Shown here: positions 8,419-17,085 of the stretch, piece after piece
Numbering within the stretch: the first letter of the stretch is position 1
Layout: each line of letters begins with the position of its first letter
Virus record (IMG/VR): IMGVR_UViG_3300050821_013777
Coordinates: 1-64,000 of that record
Source of the DNA: a virus
Length of the DNA stretch: 64,000 nt
Strand: one strand, 5' to 3'
Position numbers and translations under genes: made by a program
Notes under the pieces: generated by a model
The model's database searches: none
Seen by the model: the letters and a program-made list of their open reading frames with translations, nothing else
Told to the model about the DNA's origin: nothing

Positions 8419-9773
8419 GCGTCGTCCTCGACCCAGACCACGTCGCCGTAAGGCATCGTGAAGTTCTTGTTGCCTCCAACAATCGCCCAGATGGTATGAA
8501 ACCCCGGCTCGTCCGGCTGGTCGATGTAGCCGTCCGTCACGACCACGCACACCGTGATCTTGTTCTTCAGCTGCGAGACCGCTTCGAGTGCGGGCGCCAT
8601 GGCCGTGCCGCCGCCACCCTTCATCATCGAGCGCGCCTGCCTGATGTTGGCGATCGGCTTGATGCCATGTACCTCGGCGTCGCAGATGCACAGCGTGATG
8701 TTCGAGCCCACGGCCTTGAGCACACCTTGTACCTCTGACAACGCCTCCGCGAGCTGCTCGTCGCCCATGCTGCCGCTCGTATCGATGACACACGCGACCT
8801 CGGGCTGTGGCGCGTGCAGCGCGGGGACGACCGGGCGGCCCACGCCGAAGCCGACACCGGCCTGGCGCCGCGACACCTTCCCCCACGTGAGATCGGCCGA
8901 TCCACTCCGGTAGGCGACAGCGCCGCGGATGACCCGTGCGAGCTTCGTGCGCCACGGGATCTTCGCCGGCTTGAGCATCTCGTCGGCCCAGCGCTCCAGG
9001 CTCGACGGGACGGTTCCGCGCCTCTTCGAGGCATAGTCCTTCACTGCCTCGGCGGTCGCGCGCCGCATGCGCTCCAGCTCGGCCTCAGAGCGCCCCTCGC
9101 CAGGCTTCCCGGTCGGGTCGGGCTCGCCAGGGATCGGGTGCTGCGCACAGCCGCCGCAGTGGCCCCCGGTGACGCCCGCCTGGGGCTGGCCCTTGCCCGG
9201 CGCGCCCTGCCCCTGCCCCGAGCCTTGCCCGCCCTGCGGCTGCTTCGGCTGCTTCTTCTCCCACTCTTCGAGGAGCTTGTAGTACACCTCAGCAGTCAGC
9301 CCCTCGGGGAACTTGAACTGCTCGGGGAAGAGTCCGTCCTTCGGCAGCGCGGCGAACTTGCGCACGTCGGTGTTGATCGCGAGATCCCCTGCCCAGTTCC
9401 ACCGCCGCGCCTTCGAGAACATCTCGTTCGACGGCTCGGGCTTGATGCCGAGAGCTGTGGCGCGGTCGGCGTGCTTGAGCGCGAGGTGCATTGCCTCATG
9501 CACAAGCACGCCGGCCAGCTCGTCGCTCGTGATGCTCGCGACGAACTTCGGGCTCCACCACAAGACCCCGTCCCGGCTGACAGCGAGTGTGGCGGGCATG
9601 CCGAGCGCCTCCATGATCACGTGCTGCTCGGGCGAGATCTCGCGGCGGATGAGCCCGCGCAGGAGCACCCCGAAGTACGGAGCGATCCCGATCGAGTTGC
9701 CGTCCTTCCGCTTGCCGGGATCGACAACGCGAATCATGCCTGCTGCCAACTTGTCTCGGGGACTGAGTGCCAT
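8415..9773 (-). CDS. HExxH metallopeptidase-like + vWA domain protein (DUF2201-type)
   Basis: VLVHEAMHL, GDLAIN, AEVYYKLL, MIDAS motif IDTSGSM, GGGGTAM, VTDGY. Confidence 0.9.
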   Translation of the reverse strand: MALSPRDKLAAGMIRVVDPGKRKDGNSIGIAPYFGVLLRGLIRREISPEQHVIMEALGMPATLAVSRDGVLWWSPKFVASITSDELAGVLVHEAMHLALKHADRATALGIKPEPSNEMFSKARRWNWAGDLAINTDVRKFAALPKDGLFPEQFKFPEGLTAEVYYKLLEEWEKKQPKQPQGGQGSGQGQGAPGKGQPQAGVTGGHCGGCAQHPIPGEPDPTGKPGEGRSEAELERMRRATAEAVKDYASKRRGTVPSSLERWADEMLKPAKIPWRTKLARVIRGAVAYRSGSADLTWGKVSRRQAGVGFGVGRPVVPALHAPQPEVACVIDTSGSMGDEQLAEALSEVQGVLKAVGSNITLCICDAEVHGIKPIANIRQARSMMKGGGGTAMAPALEAVSQLKNKITVCVVVTDGYIDQPDEPGFHTIWAIVGGNKNFTMPYGDVVWVEDDA

Positions 9774-9808
9774 GGTGGTTGCTCCTTAGTGCAATCGTCG
9801 CGCCGGAT

Positions 9809-10972
9809 CTAGAACGTCTCGTTGAGGAGCGGCAGCATCCGGGAGAGCGCCGGCTTGCCGCTCGTGGCGAACTCCTTGGCCCCGATGACGGGCTCCAGCA
9901 CCCGCGCGATGCAGAGGGCGCGCGCCGCAGGGACAGCGATGTCCGCGGTGGTCTTGCTGACCTGGTCGATGAGGCGCCAGCAGTTGGCAGCGCGGGGCCC
10001 GCGGTTGGCGGCCTTCTCGGGGATGACGAGCGACGCGCACGCACTCAAAACCGCGAGCGAGCGATCCGGGCGGCGTTCGTCGTGCGTGAACTTCACCTTG
10101 CCGTCGAGCAGCTCCGCGGGATCGGGCAGGTCGACGTTGTTCTGCCAGACGCGGAACTCGGCCACCCAGCTCTGCCCCACGAAGCCGCCGATCAGCTCAT
10201 CGGTGTCGATCTCGTTGAGGCCGTGCACACGAGCCGACGTGAGCGCAGTGGCGGCATACTCGACCGAGCGCCGCGAGGGCCATGCCATCGACGCCTGCGC
10301 GCTGGCCTTCTCGGGACGCTTGTGGAGCAGCTCGGGGCGGCGGAAGATGAAGCCGCCGATGAGGCCGCGGGAGTGCGCCTCCGCGGCGGGCCACGCTGCC
10401 ATCACGCGAGCCTCCTCGGCTTCGGGATTGGGCGCGCTGGTGGACGTCGTGTCGGAGCCGAAGCCGCCAAGCAGGCCCTCGACCCAGGACGACGGGTCGA
10501 GCCCTTCGAAGTTGTAGTGCCCGAAGCGGTTGGCGAGCGCCGGAGGGAGGTCCCAGCCACCGGCCGCGTCTCCCGTGCTGTTGGCGGCGCCAATGACCCG
10601 AACGCGCTTGTTGAAGACGAACGAGCCGAGCGTGCGGAGCTGGACGAGGCCGAGCAGCGCGGCCTGCAGGGCGGGCGGGGCCGTGTTGATCTCGTCCACG
10701 AAGAGGATCCCGCCGTTCTCCAGCTGGACTGCCCAATCGGGCGGAGGGTACCGCAGGAAACCGTCAGCGTGCGGTACGGGCACAACTCCGAACTGACCCT
10801 CGCCGCGCTCGCCTGGTGAGATGCGATAGGCGAAGAGGCCAGACGACTTCGACACCGCGCGGACGTTGGACGTCTTGCCGGTGCCGGGCTCTCCATGAAG
10901 GAGACCGGGCAGGCCCCAGTGCCCTTCAGGACTCGGGCAGAAGAAGAGAGCGTGCAAGATTTTCTGGTTCAT
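9809..10972 (-). CDS. MoxR-like AAA+ ATPase
   Basis: Walker A GEPGTGKT, Walker B ILFVDEIN, AAN, PALANRF, PSRRS; adjacent to its vWA partner. Confidence 0.9.
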   Translation of the reverse strand: MNQKILHALFFCPSPEGHWGLPGLLHGEPGTGKTSNVRAVSKSSGLFAYRISPGERGEGQFGVVPVPHADGFLRYPPPDWAVQLENGGILFVDEINTAPPALQAALLGLVQLRTLGSFVFNKRVRVIGAANSTGDAAGGWDLPPALANRFGHYNFEGLDPSSWVEGLLGGFGSDTTSTSAPNPEAEEARVMAAWPAAEAHSRGLIGGFIFRRPELLHKRPEKASAQASMAWPSRRSVEYAATALTSARVHGLNEIDTDELIGGFVGQSWVAEFRVWQNNVDLPDPAELLDGKVKFTHDERRPDRSLAVLSACASLVIPEKAANRGPRAANCWRLIDQVSKTTADIAVPAARALCIARVLEPVIGAKEFATSGKPALSRMLPLLNETF

Positions 10973-11005
10973 TGGTCGGGTCTCCTTGGGCAGGTTTCGG
11001 TGACG

Positions 11006-11221
11006 AGCCAGGAACATAGCACACGGCGTTCCAACTCCTGTAGCAGCTTTTGGCCTGTGTGAAGCCTCAACCGTATCAAATCCGCCCAGCCTGTGCGGGT
11101 TTACTGGCGCGTTTACGCCACACCAGTCACCAGGGTGACTTTGCGCCTCTTTCTATGGAGCCCATTCGCGCGACGGTTACTAGGGTGACCCGATGGTATC
11201 AATCGTGCTATGTTCCTGGCT
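11006..11221. promoter_or_regulatory. Divergent promoter region bounded by a perfect 17-bp inverted repeat
   Basis: AGCCAGGAACATAGCAC (11006-11022) is the reverse complement of GTGCTATGTTCCTGGCT (11205-11221); each contains TGnTATGTT facing a divergent operon. Confidence 0.7.
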
Positions 11222-11238
11222 TCGGAGGAACCCAGCCG

Positions 11239-12147
11239 ATGAAGACCAAGCGAACCGACCCGCACCGCCCTGGAGCCATCATCCCGGCCGACTACGACTG
11301 TTTTGGGTTCTTCGCGTACGGCGGCGCCTACGAGCCACCGTACAACATGGAGCTGCTGACCTCACCTGCTGTGCAGGCTGGCGGCATGGTCAGCATCGAC
11401 CGTGAGAGCGGCGGCTGCCAGGTGTGCGGCGCGAACTACCGCTTCGGCGTGCTGTTCAAGCACACACCCACCGGGCAGTTCATCAAGATGGGCCACGAGT
11501 GCGCGCGGAAGTACGAGATCCTCGCCGACTTCGCCTCGTTCGACGCCGCCTTCGAGGCGCACAAGCGCGCGAACGCCGCTGTCATCCAGGCTGCGAAGAA
11601 CAAGCACGACTTCGAGCGCTACCTCGACAAGCATGAGGGCCTCCGCGAGGCGCTCGCCTGCGGCCACCGCATCACGAACGATCTCGCCGACAAGCTCCGG
11701 CAGTACCGCTCGCTCTCGCCCGCCCAGATCGCGCTCGCGTTCCGGCTCCAGAGCCAGCAGCTCTGCCCGGCGCGCCCCACCGAAGCCAACGTCCCGGCGC
11801 CGCCGGAGGGCCGCCAGAAGATCCGCGGCGTCGTCATCAGCACGAAGACCTTCGAGGGCGACTTCGGCGTCTCCATCAAGATGACCGTCAAGGTCACGAC
11901 CCCTGCCGGTACCTGGCTCTGCTGGGGCACGAAGCCCGCTACGGTCGAGGGGCACAGCTTCAACGAGGGCCCGCTCAAGGGCCGCGAGATCGAGTTCACC
12001 GCGACGCTCAAGAAGGGCCGTGAGGCGCACTTCGCGCTCTTCTCGCGGCCGACCAACGCGAAGTGCGTAGACGCCCAGCTCGAACTGGAGCCCCGCCCCG
12101 GCGTCGCGGGCGTCGTGTGCGAACAGCTGAACGCAGGGCTGCGCTAG
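11239..12147 (+). CDS. Phage protein with Zn ribbon and probable C-terminal OB fold
   Basis: GGAGG SD; CQVCG...MGHECA; beta-rich C-terminus ending FSRPT. Confidence 0.7.
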   Translation: MKTKRTDPHRPGAIIPADYDCFGFFAYGGAYEPPYNMELLTSPAVQAGGMVSIDRESGGCQVCGANYRFGVLFKHTPTGQFIKMGHECARKYEILADFASFDAAFEAHKRANAAVIQAAKNKHDFERYLDKHEGLREALACGHRITNDLADKLRQYRSLSPAQIALAFRLQSQQLCPARPTEANVPAPPEGRQKIRGVVISTKTFEGDFGVSIKMTVKVTTPAGTWLCWGTKPATVEGHSFNEGPLKGREIEFTATLKKGREAHFALFSRPTNAKCVDAQLELEPRPGVAGVVCEQLNAGLR

Positions 12148-12467
12148 TCCTATGGCAGCACAAACTGAAGGCTGCATGTCGTGCAGGGACGGCCTGCCGT
12201 CCGGTGCATGCTGGAAAAGCCCGCGAACGTGTGGCCACCACTGTGGCGACTTCTGGACGACGGTTTGTTGCTGGTGCCGCTCGACTGCGACCAAGCCAGG
12301 CAACTATACGGTCGACAAGAAGGACAAGAAGCTCGGTGCCGTCGCCCGGCGGTGACACTCGGACAGTGGGCGGTGCCTCACTTGCTCGACGCGATCGACA
12401 GAGCGCTGGCACGTGAGCTGCAGCAGTAAAGACCGATACCCCCTCAACCTGTGTGAAGGAGATAGCG

Positions 12468-13376
12468 ATGAAGACCAATCCCGACAACGACCTGATGATT
12501 ACCCCCGAAGCAGCTGGCGTCTGCGGCGCCGTGTCCTACTGGCGCGCGAGCGGCTCCGTGTCGATCGCCACCATGAAGGCAGCGTGGGACGCGGCAGGGC
12601 TCGATGAGAAGCTGTTCCGCAAGGTGCCCGAGCCCGAGACGGCGCTGCGCCGCGCGGTGCTCGACCTCGCCAAGCGGGTGACCGTCAACGACAAGACGGA
12701 GCGGCGCACGCTCATTCGACCCCAGGTGGAGGCATCGACCTGGGCCGTGGTCGAGGAGATCGTGCAGGAAGGCGAGACTCCGACGTACAAGACGTTGGAG
12801 ATCGTTTCCTTCGTCAAGGATCTCGGCCCGCACTTCTTTCCTGCTGATGGGACATCTGCGCAGACGCAGCAGATCGCTGAGACTGTAATGGCGAGGTTCT
12901 CCGCTCAGCAGGGCCTCTTCGCCCCCGAGGACATCACCGGCTGGCTGGTCAGCCTCGCCTACAAGCAGGGTGCTGTCACGCTGCGCGACTCAGGCGGCGT
13001 CTACTTCATTCCGCGCCCGGCGATGGACTTCTGGAACAAGGCCGCCAACGCGATCCAGTCTGTCAGCGACCACAAGGTCTTCCGCATCCCGGCGATGCGC
13101 AACGACGAGGCGGTCGCCGCCATCATCGACGCCGTGACCGCGGAGGCCGAGCAGGAGGCGCAGAAGATCAACGACGAGATCATGGCGGGCCTGGGCGACC
13201 GCGCCATCGAGACCCGCAAGACGCGCATCGCCGAGCTGCTCGCGAAGGTCGGCTCGTACGAGGAGCTGGTCGGGCAGAAGATGAAGATCACTGAGCGGCT
13301 GGAGTCGCTGCAGGCAGCGGTCGCGACGGCGAAGCTGATCGGCTCGGCCCCGGCCGAAGAAGCGGCAACGGCCTAG
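12468..13376 (+). CDS. DUF3150/DUF6744-like protein
   Basis: AAGGAG SD; AVTLRDSGGVYFIP motif and C-terminal coiled coil; family usually found near AAA/vWA pairs. Confidence 0.65.
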   Translation: MKTNPDNDLMITPEAAGVCGAVSYWRASGSVSIATMKAAWDAAGLDEKLFRKVPEPETALRRAVLDLAKRVTVNDKTERRTLIRPQVEASTWAVVEEIVQEGETPTYKTLEIVSFVKDLGPHFFPADGTSAQTQQIAETVMARFSAQQGLFAPEDITGWLVSLAYKQGAVTLRDSGGVYFIPRPAMDFWNKAANAIQSVSDHKVFRIPAMRNDEAVAAIIDAVTAEAEQEAQKINDEIMAGLGDRAIETRKTRIAELLAKVGSYEELVGQKMKITERLESLQAAVATAKLIGSAPAEEAATA

Positions 13377-13582
13377 CTGTGAAGATCCTCCGCATCGTGC
13401 TGCACGTGAACAATGGCAAGAGCCCCGACGTGCACGTGCAGCTCGATGCGGTCCTCCCACCCGAGACGCAGTTCCACGACGTCATCTACCTGCCCGAGCC
13501 TCATCTGATCACCGGGCTCCGCTCCCCGCCGAGCGACTACGTCACCGTTCGACCGATCTCTATCCTGAAGGGAACCTGACCC

Positions 13583-14242
13583 ATGAAGATCCAGCACACG
13601 CCCCCGGACGCGACGACGGAGACACTGCGGGCGTACTTCGCTCCTACTAGCGTGTGCCCCACTATCACGTACACGAAGTATGACGATGGCGGGGAGGCGG
13701 GCGGGCTCCTCGTTTACGAGCGCACCTGGCGCAGCAGATCGCTGGTCGCACGACGGAAGGCTGACGGCTCGTGGACGGGTACAAAGGTTGTGCCCAGGAC
13801 CGAGCAGGAGTTCGTGAACACTATCGTAGCGCACAAGGATCGTGAGCTGTCGAGCCTGCCTTTGGAGGTCGTGTCTGCGCTTGACGCTCTATCAAAAGAA
13901 GCTGCGCCAGAAACCACTAACGCAGAGCGAATGCGCGTGAAACGAGCGATTGCCGACGCCAAGCGAAACCCTCGTGCGCGGCCACCCCATGAGGACAAGG
14001 CAGCTGCGTTCCTCAAGGCGTCGTACGGCGATCAGATCGGGAAATTCTGGCAGGTGGAGCCCTTGCCGTTCGACGCGAGCGCGCAGCTCACTGAATGGAC
14101 GGATGCTGAGCTTGTTCGAGCGCTCAAGATGTTCAGAGACATAGCCATACAGAGAAACGCAGCTGGCGTCATTCGTGCATTCGAAAGAGAAATCCTGCGC
14201 CGAGAAGATCTCCGCGAAGCTCGTATCGACCGCAACCTCTGA
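13583..14242 (+). CDS. Hypothetical protein
   Basis: 219-aa ORF with SD in an operon; leader GGAACCTGACCCATG is repeated before 14257. Confidence 0.6.
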   Translation: MKIQHTPPDATTETLRAYFAPTSVCPTITYTKYDDGGEAGGLLVYERTWRSRSLVARRKADGSWTGTKVVPRTEQEFVNTIVAHKDRELSSLPLEVVSALDALSKEAAPETTNAERMRVKRAIADAKRNPRARPPHEDKAAAFLKASYGDQIGKFWQVEPLPFDASAQLTEWTDAELVRALKMFRDIAIQRNAAGVIRAFEREILRREDLREARIDRNL

Positions 14243-14256
14243 AAGGAACCTGACCC

Positions 14257-14496
14257 ATGGACCCCATCATCTCGTTTCTGTGCTCCCCACTCGGCATCGT
14301 GCTGGCCATCATCGCGGCGGCGCTCGCGGGCCGGTTCCTCTGGCACGTCGTGATTTTTGCCCTCGAATTCGCGCTGGTCGCGGCCATCGTCGGCGTGGTC
14401 ATCTACGCGGCCGGCGGCTTCGGCGACATCGTGGAGCGACCAGGCCCTGCACAGCACCAGGCCCCGGTGACGTACCACGCGGCGCGGAGGATCTGA
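14257..14496 (+). CDS. Small 2-TM membrane protein
   Basis: Two hydrophobic segments; SD. Confidence 0.65.
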   Translation: MDPIISFLCSPLGIVLAIIAAALAGRFLWHVVIFALEFALVAAIVGVVIYAAGGFGDIVERPGPAQHQAPVTYHAARRI

Positions 14497-14822
14497 TGGC
14501 ATCCTGCGTTTGTGTTGATCCGAGGTGTCCGTACGCTCGCGGGATCGGCGGGCAGGGCTCGCACCCCGCGCACGATGTCCTGGCGGCGATGGGGCAGGGC
14601 TCGCCTGCGGCGCCACTACACACAGGGCTTGCTGGCTACACGACCGTGAAGACATTCGTGGCGACCCGTCACGAGGCCCGCGAGCAGCTCGGCGAGACGC
14701 TCACAGAGTGGCTCGTGCAGCATCCACAGCTCGAAGTGGTCGCGCAGCAGGTGCTGCAATCGTCAGACTCGACCCACCATTGCACGACAATCGTCCTGTT
14801 CTTGAAGGAGACATCGACATGA
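14496..14822 (+). CDS. Small protein resembling a conserved myxobacterial family
   Basis: VKTFVAT..REQLGETLTEWL..QSSDSTHHCTTIVLF (family recalled, not searched). Confidence 0.55.
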   Translation: MASCVCVDPRCPYARGIGGQGSHPAHDVLAAMGQGSPAAPLHTGLAGYTTVKTFVATRHEAREQLGETLTEWLVQHPQLEVVAQQVLQSSDSTHHCTTIVLFLKETST

Positions 14823-15294
14823 TCACCGATCACGCATCAATCGAAGAGCTGGGCGTCCAGCTGGCCTTGGTCCAGGGAACGATCCGAATCGCATCCCGCC
14901 ATCAGGGAACCGTCTTCGTCTGCTCGGTTGCCGTTCCGGGCGGCTCTGCGACGATGGCCAACGCATCTCTCGGGAATGCCCTTGCCGCTTCGATCGCGTT
15001 CCTGCGAATGCACGCCCCGAGGCAGATCGAGGCGGTCGCACCTGCCGAGCCCGCCGATGAACCTGTCCGAGCCGACCCGGAGGGTGCGAGGATCGGCCCC
15101 GCGCCACAAAGAAACGGAACTGAAACACACGCCGGCTATCTCATGGCCGTGCACTGTGCCAGCTGCGGGTACGGTGAGGATGAGGGTGAATGCTTCGTTC
15201 AGGGCCAGCCGTGCCCGAACTGCGCTACCGTCGGTCGCAGCTGTGCACGGCCGCCGCACCACGATGAAGACCACGACTTCGAAGGGAGCTAGTC

Positions 15295-15783
15295 ATGAAA
15301 CGCGTACTGTTGTTGCTGGTGCTGTTGTCGACGATGGGATGCGGGTCTGTCGACGCCCGACGTGATGATGCAGGTACCGGCGGGAGCGCCGGCCAGCTCG
15401 ACACAGGTCAGGGCAGCGCGGGCGGGGCGGCGATTGATGCCGGCGCGGATCACGAAGCTATGGGCGGCGCGGGCGGGCAGCAGGTCGACGCCTCGGTCGA
15501 TGCTGGCTGTGTGCCGACATCGTGCACGACGTGCGTGAACGGGGCGCCCGTACCTACCGCAGACGGCACACAGTGTGGCGGCGGACTGTGTGACGGGGTG
15601 CCGAACTTTGTCGGCCAGCGTTCCTGTGTCTCCACGAACTACGCGTGCAAAGCCGGCGCGTGTGTCGCGACGACCGTCAACTGTTGTGCCGAGCTAGGGT
15701 GTGCGAGTGGGCAGGCGGCGTGCACAGGGACATCAGGGCTCGCGCTGACAGCGCCAACGTACTGCAACTCGGTGTGCAGCTAA
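15295..15783 (+). CDS. Cys-rich lipoprotein of myxobacterial style
   Basis: Signal peptide with TMGC lipobox, DAG/GGxGG low-complexity linker, Cys-rich C-domain. Confidence 0.75.
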   Translation: MKRVLLLLVLLSTMGCGSVDARRDDAGTGGSAGQLDTGQGSAGGAAIDAGADHEAMGGAGGQQVDASVDAGCVPTSCTTCVNGAPVPTADGTQCGGGLCDGVPNFVGQRSCVSTNYACKAGACVATTVNCCAELGCASGQAACTGTSGLALTAPTYCNSVCS

Positions 15784-15971
15784 GGAATGAGCCTCGCTGC
15801 CGATCCTGCTGTTCGAGCTGCGCTTCGCGAGATCATCGATGGCGATACGAGTACCATCGCCATCGCGCGGAAGATTCTCGAATACCTCGATGGCGAGTCA
15901 CGGCGCTGCGGCTGCCGACATCTATTTGTCGAGCACGGGCCGAAGACCCGGCGCTGCGACAAGTGCAAATG

Positions 15972-16844
15972 TCAGCGCAGCCGTGCGGCCAGCTCCACTG
16001 CCGGGCGCGCGTCCTCAAGCCCGTGTCCACGCCCGGCGAGCGTCTCGCGGTAGACCGCGCTGTGCAGGCTCTCGAAGCCGGCGAACTCGACCCGTTGGCC
16101 GTACATCTCGATCCAGCGCTCCGATCGCCCGGACGCGGTCTCGCCCGTCGAGAGCGTCCAGTCTACGGTCGCTGCGCGCTCGAACGATGATGTGCCGGCT
16201 ACCAAGTCAGGAAGACGCGTGTCGACATGCGTCTTTCGCTCCGCGCCGAACTTCCACAACAGGAAGTCGAGCATGTGAATGCCGATGTTGGTCAGCAGGC
16301 CGCCGCTCTTCTCAGAATCGCCCTTCCAGCTCCGGGCGAACCAGCGACCGCGGGGTGTGATGTAGTGCAGACGTACGTGCGTGGCCTCGTCACGGAGACC
16401 TTGCAGCAGCTTCGCGTGACGGAGCTGCAGGACGGTGAAGACCTGGCGGTTGTCCACACCGATGTTCGCGGCTTGGTTTGCCGCCTGCTCGTCGTAGGCT
16501 AGAGCGTCCAAATTCTTCGGATCGAGCACCAGGGGCTTCTCGCAGATCACGCGCGCGCCCACCCGCAACCCCATCCGAATGTGTGTGTCGTGCAGGTAGT
16601 TCGGCGAGCATACAGACAGCCAGTCGACGCCATTGCCTTCACGACGCAGCTTCTCTAGGTGCCGCTCGAAGCGCTCGGGCTCAGTGAAGAACTCGGTTTC
16701 GCGGTCGAACCGATCCAGCACGCCCACAGCATCGTGCGGGTCGAGCGCGGCGACGAGCTTGCCACCTACGTCCTTGATGGCCTGCATGTGGCGGGGGGCG
16801 ACGAAGCCAGCGGCGCCGATGAGTGCAAAACGAGGTTGTGACAT
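15972..16844 (-). CDS. wbpB: UDP-GlcNAcA 3-dehydrogenase-like oxidoreductase (Gfo/Idh/MocA)
   Basis: FALIGAAGFVAPRH, SVCSPNYLH, ICEKPLV, SWKGD..KSGGLLTNIGIH match WbpB/WlbA. Confidence 0.85.
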   Translation of the reverse strand: MSQPRFALIGAAGFVAPRHMQAIKDVGGKLVAALDPHDAVGVLDRFDRETEFFTEPERFERHLEKLRREGNGVDWLSVCSPNYLHDTHIRMGLRVGARVICEKPLVLDPKNLDALAYDEQAANQAANIGVDNRQVFTVLQLRHAKLLQGLRDEATHVRLHYITPRGRWFARSWKGDSEKSGGLLTNIGIHMLDFLLWKFGAERKTHVDTRLPDLVAGTSSFERAATVDWTLSTGETASGRSERWIEMYGQRVEFAGFESLHSAVYRETLAGRGHGLEDARPAVELAARLR

Positions 16845-16863
16845 GCGCGGCAGGATAACGCCC

Positions 16864-16892
16864 TTGACGCCGAAGTGCCAGCACTCTAGCAT
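16864..16892 (+). promoter_or_regulatory. Sigma70-type promoter of the glycosyltransferase operon with overlapping palindrome
   Basis: TTGACG-17nt-TAGCAT, 8 nt before GTG 16901; overlaps TGCCAG-N4-CTAGCA (16876-16891). Confidence 0.65.
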
Positions 16893-17085
16893 TCGCCATC
16901 GTGAACAAGAAGTCGCGCCGGCTGCTGTTTTCCGCGCTTCGTGTGTGGCGGCGCTGGCAAGCGACAGGGGGCTACTGGTGGAACGCCGGTACGCCCGAGA
17001 GTGAGCTGCTGCAGGCGCTATTCTTGAACGTGAAGATCGGCATGGAAAACATGGAAACAGTCCTGGAATCTGCTGCGAGGTCTGC

